This document shows positions 42,479 through 51,976 of a stretch of DNA of 64,000 bases, piece by piece. Where the stretch lies: the IMG/VR virus record IMGVR_UViG_2839242338_000001, positions 32,083 through 96,082 of that record; one strand, written 5' to 3'. The stretch is from a virus. Taxonomy: Duplodnaviria; Caudoviricetes. A program made the translations under genes and the position numbers. The notes below the pieces were generated by a model. That model was not told the DNA's origin, ran no database searches, and was given only the letters and a program-made list of their open reading frames with translations. Positions within the stretch are counted from its first letter, which is position 1. Every line of letters starts with the position of its first letter.

Positions 42479-43663
42479 CTTAGAAGGTAGTTAGGGCTGC
42501 CCGTTTCCAGCCTGCTGTGGTTTTTACGTAGAAATAATTGGTATCCCAGGAGATTTGCCCAACGGCTCCGTTTGCGTCGCTGGTGCTGGTTGGCGTGTAG
42601 GCTGTTTCTAGGCGGAACTGCTGGTGGCCAGTAGTGGCCTTTATATGAAGCGATGAAGTAGGGGTGCTGGTGCCAATGGCTACCTTTCCCCATTGCCGCT
42701 ATTAATGAAAAGTATAGTCGCATCTATATACAAATCCTTATAGGCGGCTGCTGTTCGGTCGTAGCAAATGATCGTACCTGCATTGGCTATCGCTCCAAAG
42801 GATATTTCTACGCCTGCGCCTGGGCCTGGTGTAATATTTCCCTTAAATCGGCCATTATAGGCAAAGTCGGCCAGGCCATTGCCTTGCAGTCTCAACAGTT
42901 CGGCGCTTGTTGCGGGAGAAGTACCCGCTAAAAAAATGTGGCTTGCACTGGTTGCCCCTAGTTGGTAACGGAACGTATCGGCTTGAATGCCAAAGCCAAA
43001 AAATTGATGGTCACTTCCTAAGTCATACAGTACAATCTTTTTATTTGCCAGGTTATTGTCAAATTTCAGGAAGTTATTGATCGTCAAATCGGCAGGTCTA
43101 TTGGGTGAAGACCACGGTCCCCAGGCGTTGGTTACCCATTTTTGACGGATATAAACAAACCCTGAACTGTTGTCAATGTATTGTTGCGTTATGCTTCCGC
43201 CAGCGCCCCGGCCAACCAGCAAAGCCCCAAAGGGAAACACCGATGTAAAAGCCGTTCCAGGCCCATGACCGCCCACCAGCCAGCCAGCCCCGCCAAAACA
43301 ATGGGTACCGACTTGTAGTAACGTATCAAAATCGGTTGCGCCTGGATCAAAGTAACCGCCGACGCTATACAGAATGGAGCCCAGCGAAAAACTTTCTGTC
43401 TGGAGAGCGGCCCCGGTGGCATCTACATTGGTTCGACCAATGACCACTTTCCCCGTTCGGTAAACATCGTCTGTATTGACTAAGGGTGCATTGGTGGTGC
43501 CCACCTTAAACCAGGTACTCAGATTGCCATTCACTGCCGCCGATACCCAATCGACTACCTTTTTTAGCGTCGTGATAATGGTGGCGATACGAATGCCCCG
43601 GTAGCCTTTACCTGTCAGATCATTGTCGATATCACTTTTTATCGACGTTCCATCTACTGCCAT
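42479..43663 (-). CDS. Tail fibre/receptor-binding protein (frameshift near 42687)
   Basis: Knob-like segment FGALLV...QQY...YIR...WGPWS; continues as ...PTSTSDANGAVGQISWDTNYFYVKTTAGWKRAAL. Confidence 0.7.
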
Positions 43664-43666
43664 GGT

Positions 43667-44257
43667 CTAAGAATAAAAATCGTACGAGAAACCAAATGAG
43701 AATTCCGCCGGTCCGCCGTCGCGATCCGTCAGAAAAAGATCAGGATCAGTGAAGAAGATAGCCGGGTGGCGGGTTTGGGTAGTCCAACTGAAGGCGTACC
43801 CATTGGGGCTTGTCTTCATTTCGGCTAAAAAGCGAAGGGGTTGTTTAGGGGAACCCACCAACTTCATTAGCCCATTGGCATCCTGATAAACGGCCACAAA
43901 CTTTCGTCCACTCATGCGCTGTACAACCAGGGCAACGAGCGGATGATCTTTCGGTACCATTAGACTCAGACTATGGGCGTAGCTAACTCCATGAATCGTT
44001 ACGCTAGCTTTCTGGCTATACTCACCCCGATCGGCGGGAAACTTGAATGCCTGAATCACCGCATCTTCGGCAATCTGTAGGCCCGTGGCGGTTAGCATCC
44101 AGCCATCTGCCAACGCACCGGCTATCGTGCGCGGGTCAACCATACCCAGTATGTACCTGGTTTCGATCAGCCAGAGCTTACGAAAACCAGGTACATTGGC
44201 TTGACCGTTCTGATTCGGTAGTGCAGGAATCACAGGGATACGGTCGTTTGGGTTCAT
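43667..44257 (-). CDS. Tail-tube-like phage protein (probable start MNPND at 44257)
   Basis: NVPGFRKLWL...FVAVYQDANG..KLVGS..PL resembles 38384..39061. Confidence 0.55.
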   Translation of the reverse strand: MNPNDRIPVIPALPNQNGQANVPGFRKLWLIETRYILGMVDPRTIAGALADGWMLTATGLQIAEDAVIQAFKFPADRGEYSQKASVTIHGVSYAHSLSLMVPKDHPLVALVVQRMSGRKFVAVYQDANGLMKLVGSPKQPLRFLAEMKTSPNGYAFSWTTQTRHPAIFFTDPDLFLTDRDGGPAEFSFGFSYDFYS

Positions 44258-44261
44258 GGGG

Positions 44262-44296
44262 CAAAGTAGGAGGTTCCAGATGCCAAATGGTAGGAC
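44262..44296 (-). promoter_or_regulatory. Putative late promoter GTCCTAC-N20-CTACTTTG
   Basis: caaagtag at 44262-69 and gtaggac at 44290-96. Confidence 0.65.
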
Positions 44297-44359
44297 GAAA
44301 AAAAAGCCCTCTTTCCTGTGGAAAAGGGCCTTCCTGCCCACAAAGGGCAGTTTTTGACG

Positions 44360-44440
44360 GCGAACAACTCGCCAAACGAGTGAACAACTCCTGAAAATAG
44401 GTGAGTACCCCCAAAAACAGGTGAACAACTGCCCCAACTT
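44360..44440 (+). repeat. Four imperfect ~20-bp tandem units (GTGAACAACT core)
   Basis: Units start at 44360, 44380, 44401 and 44421. Confidence 0.65.
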
Positions 44441-44455
44441 TATTTTTAAAATGGA

Positions 44456-44926
44456 TCAGGCCGATTGAAGCAGCACCGTCATTTTTCGAGCCATATGCCG
44501 CTGGTGATCCCGCCACTTTTTGCGAAGTGTATCGGCCGATACCATATCCTCGGTAATGCCATATCGATCCATAAACAGGTTGACCGCTTCGTAATCGGAA
44601 ATACCCAGCATCACCGAAACCTCAATGGCTTCCAGAAACGCCTGGGTAAACAAATAGGCCAGCATCTTGGCCACCAGATCGAGTTTGCCCGGGTGAATAA
44701 AATGGTTCTTCAGCGAATCCGGATAGAGCAGCGTAATCGCAATCTTCTCATCGACGTCGGCTTTGGGGAGCACATGCCGAAACCCCACTTTCTCACAGGC
44801 GAGTTCAGTCAGGGCCCCCAGCATTGATTTTTTTGTCAGGTCAATCACGTTGGTATTATTGCCATACCTGGCCACGACAAACTGCCGAACGTGGGGTTCA
44901 CGAATAGGAATACGGGTTTTAAGCAT
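44456..44926 (-). CDS. Conserved-looking phage protein, candidate late transcription activator
   Basis: Last gene before the first late promoter; C-terminal HTH-like FMDRYGITEDMVSADTLRKKWRD. Confidence 0.5.
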   Translation of the reverse strand: MLKTRIPIREPHVRQFVVARYGNNTNVIDLTKKSMLGALTELACEKVGFRHVLPKADVDEKIAITLLYPDSLKNHFIHPGKLDLVAKMLAYLFTQAFLEAIEVSVMLGISDYEAVNLFMDRYGITEDMVSADTLRKKWRDHQRHMARKMTVLLQSA

Positions 44927-44989
44927 AGAAAATGAGCGGGAAGATTTATCTTTAAAGCGTCAATATCTTCCTGTTCCTTCTCAATCGGT

Positions 44990-45018
44990 AAAGCCCTCCA
45001 CGCCAATGGAGGGCTTTT
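44990..45018. terminator. Intrinsic terminator after the replication operon
   Basis: aaagccctcca-cgccaa-tggagggctttt. Confidence 0.7.
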
Positions 45019-45063
45019 CTATAAGCAAAGGTGCCAACCGGCACTGTAGCCAGTTAGGACTTC

Positions 45064-45507
45064 TCATAATTCAAGCCGTACCTGATTATGATGACGACCA
45101 GTCGGCCCGTACATTCGTTTCTGAGCGTTATCCTTACGATCATGAGTCAGATGGCACCACTGGCATTTACAGCGTAGATTCCAAAAGCGGTTATTCTGGG
45201 TATCATGATCGAGGTGAGCAACTGAGAGCTTCACCACCGACACTTTATGGGTATCCCACTCATAGTCGGAGCCAATTTTACGATTATACTCGGTTGCCCA
45301 GTCAATGGCTTGCCGGTGGGTTTTAAAGCCTTCTTCCGGTTCATCGTCATGCTCTGGAGGCCATAGCCGCTTAGCGTCGGAATCCCAATAGCGAACGGCA
45401 TAGTTCCGGACGTTACAATCCTCGCACCGATTCTTGGCCCGAATGAACCTGATCAGATAACTGATCAGGCGCCATTTCGGGTGATATTTCTTCCGATCGA
45501 TCGGCAT
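45064..45507 (-). CDS. HNH-like zinc-binding endonuclease
   Basis: RCEDC...LSVAHLDHD..NN...NL..KCQWCHL.HD. Confidence 0.8.
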   Translation of the reverse strand: MPIDRKKYHPKWRLISYLIRFIRAKNRCEDCNVRNYAVRYWDSDAKRLWPPEHDDEPEEGFKTHRQAIDWATEYNRKIGSDYEWDTHKVSVVKLSVAHLDHDTQNNRFWNLRCKCQWCHLTHDRKDNAQKRMYGPTGRHHNQVRLEL

Positions 45508-45509
45508 CG

Positions 45510-45941
45510 TTAGAATGGCAGATCGTCACTTTGCTCTCCAGTCGAAGCCTGTTGCTGGGCGTATTGTCCTGGGCCACTTATTGCCGGTGCAGGAGCCGGT
45601 GCCGGGCGGGGGGCTACCGGAGTGGCCACCGCTGCTGATTGAGTGGTAAGTACGTCAATTTTCCAGACCTTCAGATTCGTAATGACACTCTCTTTGCCCG
45701 TGGTCTTATTGCGAACCTTACGGCCATCGATGCTGAATTTAACCTGAACCGTCTGACCTCTTTGCAGATTTTCAACCAGGGCCACTTTATCCCCAGTCAA
45801 TTGAAATTCGGGCGTATTCGGGTAGTCTGGATTCTCGGTGAGATCCACATAGAATTTACGAACCAGGAAGTTATTTTGGCCAACGGCTTCGGTGGCTAAT
45901 GCGGCTAAAAACTTGCCGGTGACGGTTAATTGATTTGACAT
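45510..45941 (-). CDS. DUF3127 single-stranded DNA-binding protein
   Basis: VQVKFSIDGR, LKVWKI, acidic DDLPF tail. Confidence 0.85.
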   Translation of the reverse strand: MSNQLTVTGKFLAALATEAVGQNNFLVRKFYVDLTENPDYPNTPEFQLTGDKVALVENLQRGQTVQVKFSIDGRKVRNKTTGKESVITNLKVWKIDVLTTQSAAVATPVAPRPAPAPAPAISGPGQYAQQQASTGEQSDDLPF

Positions 45942-45977
45942 GGTACTTGAATGGATTACTAGTTAAATTCTTCTCGT

Positions 45978-46271
45978 TTATAGTAAAATCGGGGTATCAA
46001 CCCGTTTCAGTGCGCCTGATTTGATCCAGGCCGTAAATTCGGTTCGGGGTACGTCGATGATCGTTTCGCTGTCCACATCGAGCAGCTCTACGTTAGCTCC
46101 CCACTTTCCACGGCCTTTGTCCCGAAAGCCGTGTAGTAGGGTTACAATCCAGAGTTTACCGTCTCCATCTACCCATTTTGACCATCGAAACACATCAACA
46201 CCATACGTTTTTGACGAGGCTTGTACTTTTTCGACCGGGCCGCCGGGCGGTTGCACCACAGTTGCTTCCAT
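45978..46271 (-). CDS. Hypothetical protein
   Basis: 97-aa ORF in the replication operon. Confidence 0.55.
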   Translation of the reverse strand: MEATVVQPPGGPVEKVQASSKTYGVDVFRWSKWVDGDGKLWIVTLLHGFRDKGRGKWGANVELLDVDSETIIDVPRTEFTAWIKSGALKRVDTPILL

Positions 46272-46302
46272 GATTTTTTGAGATTTTCAGGAGGTGTATT
46301 TT

Positions 46303-46512
46303 TACCACATTACCACAAAAAGGCAATTCGTTGATTTTTAAGCGCTTAAAAGCCGTATCCTGTGGTATTTTTGTGGTACGCATTATTACAGATACCACGC
46401 TACCACAGTTTTACCACGCATTTACCACAGCTTTACCACACAGTTAATACACTCAATTAGTTATTACTCAATTCCTTAGTACACTCGCTTTTCCATCTGT
46501 GGTAGCGTGGTA
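46303..46512. repeat. Putative phage replication origin: 11 TACCAC iterons (7 forward, 4 reverse)
   Basis: Forward copies at 46303, 46311, 46393, 46401, 46412, 46423, 46434; reverse at 46362, 46373, 46499, 46507. Confidence 0.75.
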
Positions 46513-46536
46513 CGGTTTTTTCTCTTTTTTTTGAGA

Positions 46537-49362
46537 TTAGCGTTCTCCCCTTTCTATCCTTCGCGCTCTCCAGTCTATCCCAAATGTGTCAGCGAGTTTG
46601 CTATAAGTCATTGCGCAAGAGCCACTAACGGACTTGGTAGACCTGACGGCATCATCGGCAATATCAGGCTTGAAGCGGATGTTTTTGAAAAACTCATCTG
46701 GGTTGTCAGTGCCTTCAAAGGCAATCATCTCCTGTTTGAGCGTGTCTCGGTCGGCTGGAGCCTTTCCAAAAACTTGGCGGTAGCGTTGGGAATAAATGGT
46801 ATAAAGCGAAGGAAAGCGCAGGTAAACCAGATCGCCCACAAAGCGAAAATGAAGATCTTCCTGCATCCAGCCCGTCTCATACTGATTCTGCATTAATTCA
46901 AAGAATTCAGACAGGGCCGTTTTTTCGCTTTGGACCTGATGTTGACGAAGAATAGCCTTACTGCCGATGTCAACGAATGTGGCTAAAATGTCATCGTCGC
47001 CTTCGACTTCGAACTGAAGCTGAATCTTGCCATATACCTGAAGAATGTAGGGGATGCTTAGCACCCTGGCCATATTGGAGATCAGACGCTCGACGGGTTT
47101 ATCATGCCGAACGGCTTCCTTCAGGTGATTGTACAGATCATCATACGCCTGCTTGATGTTGGTTTCAATCAGTGGCCGATGGGCGAGTATCTCTAAGGAG
47201 ATCCAGCTTAACCCTTCCTGTTCAATGTCGCGTAACCGGGCAAAGGCTTCTACCTGAGCATCCGTTTTTTGTTGCTCCACAATGGGCACGAATAGACAGC
47301 GGCTAAAGAAAATCGGATTGGCGGGAACGTAATTGGAGGTTAACACCAGGGCACTGTAGATATCAACGGTATCTATACCATGCGAACTGTTCTCTTCCGC
47401 TTTGATGTAGCCATTATCATCATAAGCAGACTGAAGTAAACCTTCGTGGGGGTGATCATTCAGGAATTCATCCATCCAGATCAACGCGTTCGAGGTTTGT
47501 GACATCACCCGTACCAGCCCAGGTGCAGTATTATTGCTCTTTAAGTTCGCAACCGCTTCGTGTAGATTAAAAAGGCGACACAATGACCGGGCTATTGAGC
47601 TTTTCCCTGAACTGGCACCCCCTTTCATATACAGAATTGGGCTGGCCGAGGTGTGCTTCACAATCAAATCTCGAAACAAGGCCATCAGATAGAAGCAAGC
47701 GGGAATTATCGCATTATCGTATTTGTGAACTTCAACCAAGTGCGAAAACCACTCATTATAGGTTAATACCCCAGGTGTGAGCGAGAATAAGTGAGCGCGT
47801 TTCTTTTTAATAATTGGCATCGATAAGCAGATTGTAGTGTCATCTGCCATTTTCGCCGTTACAATTCCGAACTCGTCTGGTTCCAGCACGAGCGGTCCGT
47901 CGCCACGGCCATTCACCGCCTTGTTGGAGAAGAAGAACACGCCACTTTCCGGATGATGACCTAACCGACTCACTTTCGACGCCTGCGGAAAAGACATTCG
48001 GAACAAATGCTGCCATAATTCGCCCAGATACGCATCCGTGAGCTTGAGCGCCAGCCGGTGGCCAGCTAGCTTGTTCTTCAACTTGGTGGCCGAACAAAAT
48101 TCTTCGTGCGATATCTCCACATAGAGCGGGGCTTTCCGGCCCTGAATCACTACCTCCAGAATCCAGGTCTTTTCTTCATTTTCATCTTCGGTGCAGTACT
48201 TGACGAAAATTTGAAAATTGTTGGCCACACAAATCCAGTTCTTGGTGCCCCAAATCCACATGCCCCGATCTTTATAGCGAACGGTTTCCATGTACTTTCG
48301 CTCTTCCTCCTGGTCGGGTTTGTTTTCCTGAGTCCCAAGAACCATGTCCATGATTTGGCCCATTTTGGCCGCCTTATCGGTTATCTCAGCCTTCGACGGT
48401 TCGGCTTTGGACTTCTTCGACTTACCCGGTTTTGAGACATCGATGCCGTACTTTTTAGCGATATCAAAGAATTTCCAGGGAGTTGTAAACCGACATTTGG
48501 CAACCGCTTCATCAAATTTTTCGTCCGTTTTAGCCGTATCATACTTATCCGACAACTGACTAATCCGATGAAACAGATCCCGCCCTGGCTCTCCCAATGT
48601 ACTCATACAAAAAGCCAGAATTAGCCAGCCCGTATGAGCCACATTATTATGGTACTCATCGCCAGTGATATTGACCTGACCTGCTTCAATGCGCTCCACC
48701 ACCGCTAACACGTGGGTATATACGTTACTGGCGTTCTTTATAACCTGCGCTTCAGTAGGGGGCTTCTTGGCCTTTTGATGTTCTTCCAGAGCAAGGCCCC
48801 TGTACAGGTAACTTTCAGCTTCGGCATTGACAAAGACAGACGGATCATGGACTAGAAAGCAAGCCCGGCTGACATCAGAGCCACTGGCATCAACATCAAG
48901 CCCGTAGGTCTGTCGAATGTAAATGGCGATATCGGCAAAGAAACCCTTGTGGCGTTCTGGCTCATCGGCTAAGCCAGGTACGTCAACGACCATTTTAAGG
49001 CCAGTACCACTAGGCGATGTAAACAATAACAAGGTGTGGGGATCGGCCTGTAATTGGAGCCGGGTTTCCCACATATTAGCAACCTTGTCGAAGTCCAGGC
49101 AGATCAGGCCGGAATGCTTTTGTAGGTTGCCAACCTGGCGACTCGGGGAAAACGTACCCGAAAAGGTAACGTAGTCCAGATCGGCCTTAAACACCTTCTG
49201 CAACTCAGGCTCAAAGTTGCGAAGTTCACGGGTGGCCATCTCATAGGTTGGCCCACTGATCAGCTCAATGGCATCAGCCAGCGTAATGGTTGCCGTTGGC
49301 TTCTTGATCTTGATCCCGCCCTTAAAGAGATTTAAGAAGTATTGATTCAGGCGCTCACTCAT
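46537..49362 (-). CDS. Primase-helicase (BT4734/VirE-N + PriCT-2-like + P-loop helicase)
   Basis: HSGLICLDFD, SPSGTGLK, DVSRACF, GGASSGKSS, WMDEF. Confidence 0.85.
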   Translation of the reverse strand: MSERLNQYFLNLFKGGIKIKKPTATITLADAIELISGPTYEMATRELRNFEPELQKVFKADLDYVTFSGTFSPSRQVGNLQKHSGLICLDFDKVANMWETRLQLQADPHTLLLFTSPSGTGLKMVVDVPGLADEPERHKGFFADIAIYIRQTYGLDVDASGSDVSRACFLVHDPSVFVNAEAESYLYRGLALEEHQKAKKPPTEAQVIKNASNVYTHVLAVVERIEAGQVNITGDEYHNNVAHTGWLILAFCMSTLGEPGRDLFHRISQLSDKYDTAKTDEKFDEAVAKCRFTTPWKFFDIAKKYGIDVSKPGKSKKSKAEPSKAEITDKAAKMGQIMDMVLGTQENKPDQEEERKYMETVRYKDRGMWIWGTKNWICVANNFQIFVKYCTEDENEEKTWILEVVIQGRKAPLYVEISHEEFCSATKLKNKLAGHRLALKLTDAYLGELWQHLFRMSFPQASKVSRLGHHPESGVFFFSNKAVNGRGDGPLVLEPDEFGIVTAKMADDTTICLSMPIIKKKRAHLFSLTPGVLTYNEWFSHLVEVHKYDNAIIPACFYLMALFRDLIVKHTSASPILYMKGGASSGKSSIARSLCRLFNLHEAVANLKSNNTAPGLVRVMSQTSNALIWMDEFLNDHPHEGLLQSAYDDNGYIKAEENSSHGIDTVDIYSALVLTSNYVPANPIFFSRCLFVPIVEQQKTDAQVEAFARLRDIEQEGLSWISLEILAHRPLIETNIKQAYDDLYNHLKEAVRHDKPVERLISNMARVLSIPYILQVYGKIQLQFEVEGDDDILATFVDIGSKAILRQHQVQSEKTALSEFFELMQNQYETGWMQEDLHFRFVGDLVYLRFPSLYTIYSQRYRQVFGKAPADRDTLKQEMIAFEGTDNPDEFFKNIRFKPDIADDAVRSTKSVSGSCAMTYSKLADTFGIDWRARRIERGER

Positions 49363-49621
49363 GGTCAACAGCACTAGAAATAGGAGAATTGGACTCAGGC
49401 TCAAAGAAATTGAGCAGCGGAGGGTAAACTGTAACTGCTGTCAAAAGCAGTAGGAAAAGTAAACCCCAGAATAGTCTGGTTAGGAGCGGCATCATAGAAA
49501 ATAGGGGAAGAAGTAAAACATGGACCACGTCGGTCGGCTCTCATTGTACCTGGCATGACCAAGCACGAGAGGACAGTCCATTCCTATGATAGCCAGCCGA
49601 CATGGGTCCAAAACACGATGT

Positions 49622-50056
49622 CTATTCAATTCCGAAAAAGGACAGGCTAATGACCTCTGTAGGCCTCTGGGCTGATACAAGAAGGTCAGTCAATAAACCC
49701 CATAAATCAAAGTTTGAGTAAGCGCCTGAAACTTGAAGCCGGCTTCTGATAATCAACCCACGTTCTGTTTCAAGAAATCGTTTTAGTAAGCTCAATTGTC
49801 GACCATCCAGCAAAAAGTTATGGGCATCTTTACCATAATGCCGGCACAGCATACCGTCGATATCAAGCAATTCCTGGGTAGTTAGGTCCGGATATTTATG
49901 GGTTCCATATAGGTTATTTAACAAGATAAACGTCAGGCGGCTTTGCAGAATCGGAAGTAAATCCGCAGGCATGGCGACTGAAAAATCACGGAAATGGTTT
50001 TGAGTCAAATTGTTTCGACGGGAAATAGATTTGAGCACTTGCATTAGTTTGAACAT
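49622..50056 (-). CDS. Hypothetical early protein
   Basis: ORF in the early operon. Confidence 0.45.
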   Translation of the reverse strand: MFKLMQVLKSISRRNNLTQNHFRDFSVAMPADLLPILQSRLTFILLNNLYGTHKYPDLTTQELLDIDGMLCRHYGKDAHNFLLDGRQLSLLKRFLETERGLIIRSRLQVSGAYSNFDLWGLLTDLLVSAQRPTEVISLSFFGIE

Positions 50057-50089
50057 CCTGGTAGTGATTTAATGGCCGACGTGGCACGG

Positions 50090-50311
50090 TTAATCGTTGC
50101 AACCGTATCGGTTGTTGGTGGTAGTTTGAATGAATGCGGAGATGTTACTGAGCACTTCCACAGATGGTACAGCTGATGGTCTAGCCGTAGGATTGTCATG
50201 TCTCCAGGCATGCCAAGTTTCCACTTTAGCCTGTGCTGCCAGTAGTACTGCGTCGGGTTCGGCAGCCAGTGTACCGTCTTCATAGCGGTCAATAATTGCG
50301 TCTAGTGTCAT
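50090..50311 (-). CDS. Hypothetical early protein
   Basis: 73-aa ORF with an ATG start. Confidence 0.5.
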   Translation of the reverse strand: MTLDAIIDRYEDGTLAAEPDAVLLAAQAKVETWHAWRHDNPTARPSAVPSVEVLSNISAFIQTTTNNRYGCND

Positions 50312-50332
50312 AATAGTGGGGTTAGAAAACAG

Positions 50333-50776
50333 TTATTGGACTTTATCCTGAAGCCTTATAGCGGCTTCTCGCCAGTCATTTAATGAACAGTAGCTGGTAT
50401 GAAGTACAGGCTCAATGGAGGTATTTACAGTTACCATTTTGGTATTGGGAGCAGTGTAACTACGCGAATACTCCTTGTAGTTTTCAGGAGTAATAAGCTC
50501 TTTGTCTACATTACGATCTATCCAGATATTTTCCCTGTCTGGAGCCAGATAAGAGAAGTGAACCTTATCTTCCCATTTGTCATAAGATTGGAAAGTAGTA
50601 AGATGCCCAGCCCACTCCGATTCCTTTGGAATAGCTGGTGTTTCGTAGGTGCCTAATAATAAATCGAGGGCAACGTCGGCGTTTCCAGTCTTCTCCATAA
50701 TTTCCATGAGGCCATCCATGCTGATTTCGATCTTTCCGAAGTAGGAGCGAACAATCTTTTTTACTGCGTTTGTCAT
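50333..50776 (-). CDS. Hypothetical early protein
   Basis: 147-aa ORF. Confidence 0.6.
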   Translation of the reverse strand: MTNAVKKIVRSYFGKIEISMDGLMEIMEKTGNADVALDLLLGTYETPAIPKESEWAGHLTTFQSYDKWEDKVHFSYLAPDRENIWIDRNVDKELITPENYKEYSRSYTAPNTKMVTVNTSIEPVLHTSYCSLNDWREAAIRLQDKVQ

Positions 50777-50803
50777 TTGTCTGATTGGTTTAATTGAACA
50801 TCC

Positions 50804-51102
50804 TTATTGTACTTTCTTTAATCTCATTCGCTTAAGCCTGTCTGTTGTCTCAAGTGCTTTGGCTTTGAAATAAATTGTTGACTGTTCGACCAGTTTTGTG
50901 AACTCGGGATCAGCAACCTTGGAATGCCAAGCGTTTCTCCATCGTGTAGCATATGTCAACCGATCTAAAGAGGGGCTTTTATCGACAATCCAATTCAACA
51001 CATCCTGTTGCCCTACCCTTTGGGAAGCTGCTTACGTGCTGTAGCCATGCGATCTCGCCATTCCTGCGTAGCAGTTACTGTTTGGTGTGCCTTTTTTACC
51101 AT
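50804..51102 (-). CDS. First gene of the lytic operon, Cro-position protein (frameshift near 51015)
   Basis: MVKKAHQTVTATQEWRDRM... joins track ORF 50804..51001; divergent from the repressor. Confidence 0.5.
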
Positions 51103-51124
51103 TTGTCAATTCATTAGGCTTTGA

Positions 51125-51220
51125 TTAAGCGGTACTTAAAGTGATATGCTTACTCTGTATATTAGTGCCACCAAATTAAGTGATACTTAATTTGGTGGCA
51201 CTAAATAAGTCAATGCTTAA
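51125..51220. promoter_or_regulatory. Immunity/switch region: TTAAG-N5-CTTAA operators and a 20-bp-arm perfect palindrome
   Basis: ttaagcggtacttaa at 51125-39, ttaagtgatacttaa at 51176-90; inverted repeat 51162-81/51185-204. Confidence 0.7.
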
Positions 51221-51256
51221 TTTAAAAACAAGCAATGGCTAATAAATTATTTCCGT

Positions 51257-51703
51257 GTGGATTCACTTGGTGAGAAAATAAGGCTACTATTAAAGGCTAA
51301 AAGTCTAAAACAGAAAGATTTAGCCGAGAGACTTGGCATTAAGCCATCTTCTGTTAATCAATGGATAAAGGGCACTGCGCGGCCTGATAACAGTCGTCTA
51401 GCTCAAATTGCCAAAGAGTTAGGTGTTACAGTGGATTCGCTACTTAGCAATGAAAATGCGCAGTATGAGATAACTACAATAGGGGAGGAGCCAACGTCTA
51501 ATCTTGTTAGTTCGAAGTTGTCAGATTATGAACGATTACAATATGAACTGAGAATTAAAGAGCTAGAACTAGAAATGGAGCGTAGGGTGAGTGTAATTCA
51601 ATCAGAGCTACTTGTATATAAAGAAAAAGAACTAGCTCAACAACAGAAAGAGATTGAGCGTCAGCGTGCTTTGAGTCCTGATCAGGACGCTATTAACAAG
51701 TAA
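51257..51703 (+). CDS. XRE-family phage repressor (HTH + coiled coil, no S24 domain)
   Basis: LKQKDLAERLGIKPSSVNQWIKG..RP. Confidence 0.85.
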   Translation: MDSLGEKIRLLLKAKSLKQKDLAERLGIKPSSVNQWIKGTARPDNSRLAQIAKELGVTVDSLLSNENAQYEITTIGEEPTSNLVSSKLSDYERLQYELRIKELELEMERRVSVIQSELLVYKEKELAQQQKEIERQRALSPDQDAINK

Positions 51704-51864
51704 TCCTAATTGAGATCATATTGATGATCGATAACTCATAGGATACTTGAATAGTATAATCACACTTGGTCTATCAGGTTACTTTAGATGTATGTATTAT
51801 TATTAAATAATATACATACCGGGCCGGAAAATAGCGTAGATAATTTAAAATTAGAAACAAAAAA

Positions 51865-51910
51865 TTGGCAGTTTATTGGCAGTTGGCAGTATGAAAACAC
51901 AAATTGGCAG
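51865..51910 (+). promoter_or_regulatory. Integrase arm-type sites, TTGGCAG x4
   Basis: Copies at 51865, 51876, 51883 and 51904. Confidence 0.75.
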
Positions 51911-51976
51911 GCTAGTATTTTCTAAAATACTGACCTATAGTACCTTAATTTGGGCCGTTTATGGTGGGTTAAGTAA

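Noticed and set aside
14598-44296. GTAGGAC as an integron-like cassette recombination site
   Set aside because: It does not fit GTTRRRY, has no paired inverse core or attC hairpin, and three copies have no adjacent cargo; the fixed spacing to a -7-like box fits a promoter better
44258-44437. N-terminal 60 aa of track ORF 43667..44437
   Set aside because: It spans repeats, hairpins and the promoter motif; the real start is probably 44257
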